NCBI RefSeq assembly: GCF_963921235.1
Contig: NC_086108.1
Span: 90,026,001 to 90,090,000 of the forward strand
Length of the DNA stretch: 64,000 nucleotides
Source of the DNA: Mobula hypostoma
Lineage: Eukaryota
Direction: 5' to 3'
Shown one piece after another: positions 11,951 through 23,500 of the stretch. The translations under genes and the position numbers were made by a program. The stretch's first letter is position 1; each line of letters begins with the position of its first letter. Below the pieces are notes generated by a model. It was not told where the DNA came from. It ran no database searches and saw nothing but the letters and a program-made list of their open reading frames with translations.

Positions 11951-13181
11951 TTCCTGGTAAATATGACTCTGTTCTTTCTGTTAAATTCTGGCATGACCAT
12001 CAACTTTTAAAGACGTAATTAGTAGGTAATTGGTCCCATGCGTATGGTTAGGTAATGCAGGGTCATTGGGCCAGAAGGGCCTGTTACCATGCTGTATCTC
12101 CAAACAGAATTATAATGAACTCTTCTGCAGTTTAATTGTTTCCACTTTCAGGAAAGGTCTCCATTCTCTCGCTCTTGATCCACTGAATTTCTGCTACACC
12201 CACCCAGCCATTCCCAAGCAACCCTCATCTCCCTGCTGCAGGCATTACATCTGAGCAGCAGCCACATACTCCTGTCACTGGAGCCCCTCTGCTACCGTGC
12301 CCACCCGCATACCCAGCGTTTCTTGTCTGGTTCTATGCTTCCTTTCTTAACAGTTTCCATCATCTTTAGCCCTTCACTGATTCCACCGACCACCTCCCAG
12401 CCTCTTTCACAGTTTTCCATTCTGCCAATCATCACCCCTTACCTCATTCACTTTGCCAGCTCTTACCCTCCTCTCAATCTGTCCATCCAGGTGAAGGACT
12501 TCAGTCTGAAACACCCACCATCCATCTCTCTCCACAGATGCTGCCTGGTTCGGCTGAAGTCCTCCAACAATTTGTTATTGTTTAATTGGTCAGTCTTGTT
12601 AGCTAGTCTAAGCTTGCATGAGCAATGTTTATAAATGACTAGGGCTCCTCTATTTATTCACACTTACCTATCTCAGACAGTGTGGAGCATAACTTAATGA
12701 AATGAAAGCATTATTTCTGACTTCGATAATCAGACCTCTCTTAGGAGTTATGAAAATTCCTGTCAGTTTTATGTCTCATTTTACTTTGTGACTTAGTTCA
12801 GAAAAAGAGATTATCTGGATGATAATGAATATCAACTATTATTGAACACAAACACTCTGGGAATAGCATGTCCAATGAGAAAGGGAATTAAATTGTGTTT
12901 ATCTGACATCATCAGACATTTTTATGTCATCAATAACCCTCTAAAAGAGACAGGAGTGTGTGATGGAAGGTAAGATGAAGCCTTTAAGTATTCCTGCTTT
13001 GGGATAAGCTGTAAATGGTTGACTAAAGAAATGAATTGGTCAGCTAAAGATTTCCTCATTTGCTTCATTAGCATTACTTTCTGAAGTTTACACAGGGCAG
13101 CAAAACAGGCAGATAGCCAGCATTCTAGAAGTTTCTGTGATTTGCGTAGGATAGTCTCCAAATGAAGAAGTCAGGAAAAAT

Positions 13182-14825
13182 GCAAACACGAGGAATTCTG
13201 CAGATGCTGGAAATTCAAGCAACACACATCAAAGTTGCTGGTGTACGCAGCAGGCCAGGCAGCATCTCTAGGAAGAGGTACAGTCAATGTTTCGGGCCGA
13301 GACCCTTCGTCAGGACTTACTGAAAGAAGAGCTAATAAGAGATTTGAAAGTGGGAGGGGGAGGGAGAGATCCAAAATGATAGAAGAAGATAGGAGGGGGA
13401 GGGATGGAGCCAAGAGCTGGACATGTGGTTGGCAAAAGGGATATGAGGGGATCATGGGACAGGAGGCCCAGGGAGAAGGAAAAGGGGGAGGGGGGGAACC
13501 CAGAGGATGGGCAAGGGGTATAGTCAGAGGGACAGAGGGAGAAAAAGGAGAGAGAGAGAGAGAGAAAGAATGTGTGTATCTAAATAAATAACTGATGGGG
13601 TACGAGGGGGAGGTGGGGCATTAGCGGAAGTTAGAGAAGTCAATGTTCATGCCATCAGGTTGGAGGCTACCCAGTCGGAATATAAGGTGTTGTTCCTCCA
13701 ACCTGAGTGTGGCTTCATCTTTACAGTAGAGGAGGCCTTGGATAGACATGTCAGAATGGGAATGAGATGTGGAATTAAAATGTGTGGCCACTGAGATCCT
13801 GCTTTCTCTGGCAGACAGAGCGTAGGTGTTCAGCAAAACGATCTCCCAGTCTGCATCGGGTCTTGCCAATATATAGAAGGCCACATCGGGAGCACCGGAC
13901 GCGGTATATCACCCTAGCTGACTCACAGGTGAAGTGTTGCCTCACCTGGAAGGACTGTCTGGGGCCCTGAATGATGGTAAGGGAGGAAGTGTAAGGGCAT
14001 TTGTAGCACTTGTTCCGCTTACAAGGATAAGTGCCAGGAGGGAGATCAGTGGGGAGGGATGAGGGGGATGAATGGACAAGGAAGTCGTGTAGGGAGCGAT
14101 CCCTGCGGAAAGCAGGGGGGGGAGGGAAAGATGTGCTTAGTGGTGGGATCCCGTTGGAGGTGGCGGAAGTTACGGAGAATAATGTGTTGGACCCGGAGGC
14201 TGGTGGGGTGGTAGGTGAGGACCAGGGGAACCCTATTCCTAGTGGGGTGGCGGGAGGATGGAGTGAGAGCAGATGTATGTGAAATGGGGGAGATGCGTTT
14301 GAGAACAGAGTTGATGATGGAGGAAGGGAAGACCCTTTCTTTAAAAAAGGAGGACATCTCCCTCATCCTGGAATGAAAAGCCTCATCCTGAGAGCAGATG
14401 CAGCAGAGACGGAGGAATTGCAAAAAGGGGATGGCATTTTTGCAAGAGACAGGGTGAGAAGAGGAATAGTCCAGATAGCTGTGAGAGTCAGTAGGCTTAG
14501 AGTAGACATCAGTGGATAAGCTGTCTCCAGAGATAGAGACAGAAAGATCTAGAAAGGGGAGGGAGGTGTCGGAAATGGACCAGGTAAACTTGAGGGCAGG
14601 GTGAAAGTTGGAGGCAAAGTTAATGAAGTCAACGAACTCAGCATGCATGCAGGAAGCAGCGCCAATGCAGTCGTCGATGTGGCGAAGGAGAAGTGGGGGA
14701 CAGATACCAGAATAGGTTTGGAACATAGATTGTTCCACAAAGCCAACAAAAAGGCAGACATAGCTAGGACCCATACGGGTGCCCATAGCTACACCTTTAG
14801 TTTGGAGGAAGTGGGAGGTGGGAGG
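13182..14825 (-). mobile_element. Penelope-like retroelement, 5'-truncated (RT C-terminal half, GIY-YIG endonuclease, terminal repeat), with 13-bp TSD
   Basis: ORF 14046-14786 (MGTRMGPSYVCLFVG...RHIDDCIG...LPFLD). ORF 13621-13884 (VATHFNS..HSHSDM...LEEQHLIFRLGSLQPDGMNIDF) is the GIY-YIG C-terminus. TSD agtcaggaaaaat at 13169-13181 and 14826-14838. Confidence 0.93.
13282..13317 (-). ncRNA. Minimal type I hammerhead ribozyme motif in a Penelope terminal repeat
   Basis: Minus strand reads AGTC-CTGACGA-A-GGGT(CTCG)GCCC-GAAA-CATT-GACT. Core boxes are intact. The cleavage triplet is AUU, probably CpG decay of CGTC. Confidence 0.78.
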
Positions 14826-15394
14826 AGTCAGGAAAAATCTATCTTTTAATCACCGCCACTCTGATCCGCTCGTTTAAATATTTAAATAATCTCTCTAATG
14901 AGCAGACTGATTTCTCTGTTTGCTTCACCTTTTGCTAGGTGATGCTGTGAAGAGCAAAATTAATCCTTCAGGCTTAATAAACCTCTGAAGATTTAGTCTA
15001 ACCAATTGAACTGATGCTAATGAATGTAGAGAGTATTTTCCAGTCAGGCCCTGATGGATGAATGGACCTCAGGAAGCTTATTGGTGTGAGGAAACTTTTC
15101 TGAGCCTGTACACGATGGAGTTCAGAAGGACAAGGTGGGGATCTCATTAAAACCTGCCAAGTACTGTAAGACCTGGATAGAGTGGACATGGAGATGATAT
15201 TTCCATTAGTAAGTGTCTAGGACCTGAGATATATTTCTTTGACCCCTCAAATACCATCTGTTCATTAAAACCATCATCACCAATTTGGCAATACTTTATG
15301 AGGTCAGAGTTTTGGGACACAAATTTGAGTGATCTTTAAACAAAAACAGCTCTTCAAATAATTCTGAATTCTTTTGAATTAATATGAAAAGCTT

Positions 15395-15535
15395 ACAAAA
15401 ACGAGAGAAAGTCTACAGATGCTGGAAATCTAAGCAACACACGCAAAATGCTAGGAAAACTCAGCAGGCCAGGCAGCATCTATGGAAACGAGTACAGTCG
15501 ACATTTCAGGCCGGGACCATTTGGCAGGACTAGCC
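15395..15535 (-). mobile_element. Penelope terminal-repeat fragment with degenerate hammerhead (15496-15531)
   Basis: Matches 13182-13317. The minus-strand core reads CTGCCAA...GAAATGTCGACT, so the core is damaged. Confidence 0.75.
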
Positions 15536-16282
15536 TGATCATTTAATGAGGAGAAATACAGCCCCTTGCATCTAAAATAAAACAACTTCAATACACAACA
15601 CAGTGCATCACACCTCCAAGAAAATGTAATATCTGGGCAAATCTTGCCATCCTTTTAACCTTGAATAAGAACATAATAGTTCTGCTTCAAATTCTCTTTT
15701 TCTCAAAGACAGCTTTCTTTACGATGTCATGGACATCTCTTCCAAATCTCCATGGAGACAAAACATATAAAAGAGATTATTATTTACATCAACCAAGGTG
15801 CAGTGATTTTGTACTGTATTCATGTTTTATGTTTGAATGCTTTCTTATTGATAAGAACACATCTACCATATTTCCTTTCACAGTCATATTCTGCAATACA
15901 GTTTACAATTTATGTTCTACAAGGATAACTTTATAGTAAGTTTTTAAAGAGCATAAAATTAAAATTCCCTTAAAATTTTAATCGATAAAAGAAATGAAAA
16001 TATGATTTCTTTGCTTCTCAGAATAAAAGTTATTAATATTGAGGAATAAACAACAGACCCACAGGCAATATCAGATGCAACCAATTTATGGAAGACCAGA
16101 CTTTCCTGCAAATATTTTGTGGGAAAATAGGAATATTACTTTTACAAATAACTTAAATACAAAACTTCATATTTTTGCTGGAGAACTGGCCTTTAATTCA
16201 AGCTCATTCAAGTAGAGTGCTCAGTCACCTGGTTCCCAAACTAACTTAGATCAAATATTTAACAAAAGAAAATTCTGATCTA

Positions 16283-16836
16283 CACACAGTGACCACTCTG
16301 CTTGGTACCTCCAGTACCTAATAAAATGCTCACTTAGTGCATGCTCATAGTCTTTTGCTGCTGTAGCCCATCCACTTCAAGATTTGATGTGTTGCGTGTT
16401 CAGAGATGGTCTTCTGCTCACCACTGCTGTACCATGAGGTTATCTGAGTTACTGTCACCCTGCTGTCAGCTTGAACCAGTCTGACCATTCTCCTCTGACC
16501 TCTTTCATTAATAAGGTGATTTCACCCGCAGTACTGACATTCACTGCATGTTTTTTTCATTTCCACATTGTTTTCTGTAAACTCTGGAGACAGTTGAGTG
16601 CGAAAATCCTAGGAGATCAGCAGTTTCTGAGATACCCCGTCTGGCACTATCAATCATTCCACAATCACTTAGATCACATTTCTTCCCATTTTGATGTTTG
16701 TTTTGAAAAACAACTGACCCTTTTGACCATGACTGCAGGCTTTTATGCATTGAGTTGGTGCCACATGATTATCTGATTAGATGTTTGCTCTAATGAGCAG
16801 CTGTACAGGAGTACCTAACAAAGTGGCCACTAAGTG
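16283..16836 (-). mobile_element. Tc1-family non-autonomous transposon with TA TSD
   Basis: TIRs cacacagtgaccact... / ...aagtggccactaagtg, TA on both sides. ORF 16541-16750 (GKKCDLSDCGMIDSARRGISETADLLGFSH). Confidence 0.85.
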
Positions 16837-19019
16837 TATGTTAATGACAAGGATAGGGATGTGAAAGCAACGATATGTAAATTTACAGTTGACATGAAAA
16901 AGCATAGCTGTTGAAGTTCGACACAGCACTCTGGGCCAGGGCCTGTTCCCATGTTGTATTGTTCTACGTTTGACCATCAGAAGAACATAGGCAACATCCT
17001 GGTGAACGTCTTCTGCACTCTCTCCATTGTTGCCTGGAATGTGGGGCTATAGTTATAGAGAGATTGGTTAGGGTGGGTTCACTCTAAATGGAACATTGGA
17101 GTCCAAGGTGTGACGGTATAGATCTTTATAAAATCATGAGAGGTGCAGATATGATAGAAAATCAGCCTTCCCACTACACCCGCAACCTAGACCAGGGGAT
17201 TCTAGAACCAGACGGAACCTGAGGGTAGAAATTTAAAGATATGAAAGGTAAGGGTGGGTGATGGATATTTGGAATAAATTAGCAGAGACGGCAGGAGAGG
17301 CAGATGCAATTACCAGTAGGTCAGATATTTAGATCGGAAAGGCAAAGAGTGATACTGCCCTAATTAAGTTAAATGGGACTGACATGCATTTGTATCACAT
17401 ACAGCACAGATAAGGCCTGATATAAGGACATGTTTCTGTGTTTTATATTTCCATATTTTTATGATTAATCATATTAAGAAATGAAATAGTGAATTTAATT
17501 ATGAACCTTCGAAATGCTGACAAATAATTAAAACGTAACTTAAATAAAAACACGCAGTTAAATTTTTCCAAAATGTCAGCAGTCCCTATAAAGCTGAGAA
17601 CCTGATACAAAGTGGGTCAAATCTCTGAACGGCCCACACCAGAATTGAACGATGTGAAAAGAAAGTCAGGGGAATGTATGTGTTCTCCAGCATATCTCGG
17701 ACTTCCAGATTTGCTCAAGCAGGTGCATTACTCATAAGTGCTCTGAGGTCTAAACTTCTTTCAGTCAGCTCAATCTGGCCGAATATTTTCAGGATCAGCA
17801 GCTGGTCTGTGCCTGGAATATAATTATATAAATTTCTCCAGCCTTTTTAAAGACACTCATAGTCGTAAGCAAGCAACAACAGTGAACTAAACTTAAACAA
17901 TTCAAGGACTTCAACTTGCTGGGTAAACAATACTCTACAGAGAGTTTGGGATTTGGGAAATGTAACATGCTACCTTTTCTTGCAGCTGCCTTTATTACAT
18001 GAAACTAGAGAGTTGTCTCTGCATCTCCATTACTCATTCTTAGGTACCTCTTGTGGCCTTGAGGGAGAACCTGATGCTTTATTAGGTCATCTAATCTTAC
18101 AGAATCCGTTTTGCTTCTCACACTGGTGAACATGCCTCTTTGGCCTGTGGTGTATTTTCAAGTGATAATGGTTCCCCTTGATAGTTTCAGTGACAGGCAT
18201 TTCCATCAGTCGCATTTTCTTCTAATTGAGGTGTTTTTCTGAACTCCTTTTCCCCTCAACATTTGACCTGAACTTTGGCCGCTATTTTGTTTTTATATAT
18301 AATGTAGTTTCATGTAAAAAAAAATCATGCTGCATTGAAAATAATTGTAAACAGCAGATACCGAGAGCTTAGAGGGACCAGGAGAAATAATTATGAGAGC
18401 TGAATATTCTCAGATTCTGCTAAACACGATGGGAGCTTCAGTAGAAAATTGTCAGGAAGATACTGCACTGGATCTCTGACATTTCCAAGAATGTACATCA
18501 TTCCCTCTGGGAGTAAGGTGGTTAGTGTGAAGAGATGTAATAGTTGCAATATTTTTTATGTGTTATTAACTTAGAGCACATGAACATCACTAGAAGTGCC
18601 AGCATTTATTCTCCATCCCTAAATGTCCTGTGGTATATCATTGGTAAAAGAGACAAGTAGGCATACTCAAGAAGGATAGAAGCTTTCCATTACTGAAGGG
18701 CATCAATAAACCATATGAGTTTTTACTACATTTCCCTGTTTCCAGACCCTTTTTTGCTTTAGTTTGAGATGTATTTCATTATAAATGAAAATTTTACAGC
18801 TCTCATGCTGGGATTCAAAATGATATCACTAGCCACCAATAGTCCAGAACTTTGGCTGCTAACCTAGTAATTTAAGCACTACAGACTATCTTGGTGGGCG
18901 GGGACAACTAAGGACTGAAGATCTTCAGGCCTTCTGAATATGTTGGTTTACAAATTATGATCTAAAAGCTGATGGTTTATGTATTTGATGAAGAGTCCCT
19001 GGCAAGGATCTTTCTGGGT

Positions 19020-19445
19020 TGAGGATCCGAGTTATAGGAGAAGGTTGAATGGGTTAAAACTTTATTCCCTGGGTGTAGGAGAATGAGGGGAGATTTAATA
19101 GGTATAGAAAATTATGAGGGATTTAGATAAGGTAAAGGGCAGGCTTTTTCCACTGTAGTTGGGTGAGACTACAACTAGAGATCATATATTAAGGGTGAAG
19201 GGTGAAATATTGAGGGGTATTTCTTCTTTCAGAGAATGGTGGAATGTGGAATGAGCTGCCAGAATATGTAGTGGATGTGGGGTTGATTGCAATATTTAGG
19301 AGAAGTTTGGATAAGTACATGGATGGGAGGGATATGGAGGCCTGAGGTCTGGTTGTGGGTTGATGAGTCTAGACAACATAACTTCATCATGGACTAGATA
19401 GGCCGAAGGGGCTGTTTCAATGCTGTGGTGCTCTACGACTTTATA
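19020..19445 (+). mobile_element. Old CR1 LINE 3' fragment
   Basis: Similar by eye to the CR1 3' ends at 464-900 and 52990-53413 (aggagaatgaggggagatttaatag...ggccgaaggggctgtttc). Confidence 0.75.
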
Positions 19446-20067
19446 TCCTCACAAGCAACAGAGATTGGATACTGTCGGATGGAGAGGTCAATTCATGCTA
19501 TTGTACCCTTCCATCCTGTGCCCCTTTAATAGGCTTGATACAGAGGGCCAACATTTCGACCCAGAACTGTGAGGATTGTACATCCCTTGAATTTTCCAGG
19601 CAATGAAAGCATCCTGATTATTTTATTGTTCACCGCTTCATTTCTCTCTCCATTGCTTTTGATAAGTAAAAAGCAATGACAGAGAACTCATTAACTCTGT
19701 GCATCAAAAGACTTAAACACAGCAATTGCTTTAAACCTCTTCCCAAGTGTGACACAAGCTTAGTGATAATGAAAAAGGGGAACATAATTAATTGGATTTA
19801 CTTGCTTTTAATCATTGCCTTTAAGCGGCTAGTAGCATTAGGGGAAAAGAGTGTCAACCTGGAGATCAGTGGCAATAGTTGGCCTTCTGATAGTTGGCAA
19901 GTGTGAAGTTCAGCCTAGCGGGGATATCAGATTGCTGGTCAGGAAACAGTTGGATGAAGATTAAGGCAAAGTACCCGGCTTGCTAATCAGTGATGGCATT
20001 ACTTGAAGCAAGGGAGGGAATTCCAGTGCGTGAGAGAGAATATATACAATGCTATGTAATTTCAAAG

Positions 20068-20229
20068 CAGGGGTGGCCAACCTTTTACATTCCACGTGTC
20101 AATTTTTTCACGCACGAGTTCAGATGCGCCATACAACTCTTGTACCCCCACAATTTTTATAAAAATGTTAATATAGAACCCGTGCGTGAAAAAATTGATG
20201 CATGGAATGTAAAAGGTTGGCCACCCCTG
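20068..20229. mobile_element. hAT-family MITE, 162 bp, largely palindromic
   Basis: TIRs of about 54 bp (caggggtggccaaccttttacattcca... / ...tggaatgtaaaaggttggccacccctg). 8-bp TSD tttcaaag/ttttaaag with one mismatch. Confidence 0.88.
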
Positions 20230-20519
20230 TTTTAAAGGATGCTTTAAGAGGGCGTGTGTGAAATGGGATCCCAGTGCAAGACTCCTTTGCCTGTCATATA
20301 CTCAACCAGGTCACCTTCAAACTAATAATTGAGCAGGTCTCACAAGAAATTTGAAGAGCTGTTCTTGTACACAAGCTGGGACAAAATCATAAAGGTAGGA
20401 AGGTATAAATTTGAATCATGAAGCACTTATTACTATTTATATGTTTGCCACTGTGATTTCCCACTTTCATTTAAATAGTTGCAATTAACAAGAATCAAAA
20501 GCTCCATGCCAAGTCAATT

Positions 20520-23500
20520 ATAAGACCTTAAAACCTTAAGGCATAGTAGCAGAATTAGTCCATTTGGTACATCTAGTCTGCTCAGTCATTCACTCGTGGC
20601 TGATCCTTTTTTCCCCTTCTCAGCCCCACTCCACAGCCTTCACCCCGTAACCTTTGATGCTGTGTCAAATCAAGAACCTATCACTTTCTGCCTTAAATAC
20701 ACCCAAAGACCAGGCCTCCACAGCCGCCTGTGGTAACAAATTCCACAAATCCACCACCCTCTGGCTAAAGGAATTTCTCTGCATTTCAATTTTAAATGGA
20801 TGTCCCTCTATCTTGAGGCTGTGTCATCTAGTACTAGACTCCCCATCATGAGAAACATCCTTTCCCCATCTGCTCTGTCTTGGCCTTTCAGCATTTGAAA
20901 GGTTTCAGTGAGATCTGCCCCTCATCCTTCTGAATTCCAGTGAGTACAGACTCAGAGCCATCAAATGTTCCTCATATGATAAATCTTTCAATCCCAGAAT
21001 CATCCTTGTAAACCTCCTCTGAACCCTCTCCAATGCCAGCACATCTTTTCTTAAATGATCACAAATGATCAAAACTGATCACAATACTCAAGCTGAGGCC
21101 TCAGCAGTGCCTTATATCCTTATATATACCTGTTCTTGTATTCCAGACCACTTGAAATGAATGCTAACATTGCATTTGCCTTCCTCACTACCAACTCTAC
21201 CTGCAAGTTAACCTTTAGAGTATTCAGCACAAGGACTCCCAAGTCCCTTTGCATCTCAGATTTTTGGATTTTCTCCCCATTTGCAAAACAGTTTGCACAT
21301 TTATTTCTACTACCTAAGTGCATGACAATGCATTTTCCAACATTGTATTTCATTTGCTACTTCTTTGCCCATTCTCCGAATCTGTCTAAGACCTTCTGCA
21401 GCCTTCTTATTTCCCCAACACTCCACCAACCTTCATTTCATGTGCAAGCTTGGCAACAAAGCCATCTATTTCATCATCTAAATCATTTATGTACAGCATT
21501 AAAAGAAGCGATTCCAACATTGACCCTCCAGAACACCACTGGTCACTGGCAGCCAACCAGAAAAGGATCCTTTATTCTCACTCGCTGCCTCCTACCAATC
21601 AGCCAATGCTCTAACCATGCTAGTAACTTCCCAATAATACCATGGGCTCTTAATTTGGTGAGTAGCCTCATGTGTGGCACCTTGACAACAGCCTTCTGAA
21701 AATCCAGATATACAATATCTACTACATTCCCTGCATCTATCCTACTTGTAATCTCCCCAAAGAATTCCAACAAGTTAGTCAGGCAAGATTTTCCCTTAGG
21801 AAACCATGCTGACTTTGCCTTATATTGTCCTGTGTCATCAAGTACTCCCTAACTTCATCCTTAATAATTGAATCCAACATCTTCCCAACCACTGAGGTCA
21901 AGCTAACTGCTTTATAATTTCCTTTCTGCTGTCTTCCTCCTTTCTTAAAGATTGGAGTAACACTGGCGATTTTCCAGTCTGCTGGCACCATGCTGGAGTC
22001 CAATGATTTTTGAAAGATCATTACTAATGCCTCCACAATCTCTACCGCTATTGCCTTCAGAATCCGAGGGTGGAGTTCATCTGGTTCAGGTAACTTATGT
22101 ACCTTCGGTCTTTCAGCTTTTGAGCACCTTCTCCCCTGTAATAGTAACTGCACTCACTTCTCTTCCCTCACACCCTTCAACACCTGGCACACTGCTAGTG
22201 TCTTCCACAGTGAAGACTGATGCAAAACACTCATTTAGTTCATCTGCCAACTCCTTGTCCCCCATTGTTATCTTTCCGGCCTCATTTTCTAGCAGTCCTA
22301 TATGAACTCTCATCTCTCTTTTATTTTTACGTACTTGAAAAAGCTTTTACTATACACTTTAATATTGCTTGCTTGCATATTTCATCTTTTCCCTCCTGAT
22401 GATTCTTTTAGTTGCTCTTTCTAGTGTTTTGAAAGCTTTCCAATCCTCTATCTTCCTGCTAATTTTTGCTTTGTTGTATACCCTCTCTTTTGTTTTACAT
22501 TAGTTTTGACTTCCCTTGTCAGCCACATTTGTACTTTTTTTCCATTGAGTATTTCTTAGTTTTTGGAATACATCTATCCTGCATCTTCCTCAATTTTCCC
22601 AGAAACTCACACTGTTGCTGCTCTGCTGTCATCCCTGTCAGCATCTCCTTCCAATTTACTTTGCCCAGCTCCTCTCTCATACCACTGTAAATTCCTTACT
22701 CCACTGAAATAATGCTAGGTCAGACCTTACTTCCTCCCTGTCAAATTTCAAGTTGAACTCCATCATGTTGCGATTACTGCCTCCGAAGGGTTCTTTTACC
22801 TTAAGTTCCCTAGTCGCCTCCGATTCATTACATAACACCCAATCTAGCATAGCTGCTCCCCAGCAGGCTCAATGACAAACTGCTCTCAAAAGCCATCTCA
22901 CAGGCATTCAACAAACTCATTCTCTCGTGATCCATTACCAACCTGATTTTCCCAATTGACCTGCATGTTAAAAATTTCCCATGACTATCATAACATTGCC
23001 CTCTTGACACGTCTTTTCTATTTCCCATTGTAATCTGTGGTCCACATCTCAGCTACTGTTGAGAGACTTGTATGTAACTGCCATTAGGGTCCTTTTACAC
23101 TTGTAGTTTCTTAATTCAATGCACAAGAGTTAAACACCTTCTGAATCTATGTCACATATTTCTACTGATTTGATGCCATCCTTTACCAGCAGAGCCACAC
23201 CACCGCCTCGGCCTACCTTCCTATCCCTCCAATACAACGTTTGACCTTCGACATTCAGCTCCCAACTACAACCATCCTTCAGCCACGATTTAGTGATGGC
23301 CACAGCATCATACCTGACAATATGTAATAGTACAACAAGATCATTCATCTTATTTCTTATAACTTAATGGCTCCATCTGTCTAAGTAGACAATGGATGCG
23401 CCTGGTTTAGGACTCAATTGGATGTGGAACAGCATCGGCTGTGGCTGAATAAGACGATTCTTGAGCAGCAGTCAGTCCTTGGCACAGCTGCTGCACACAA

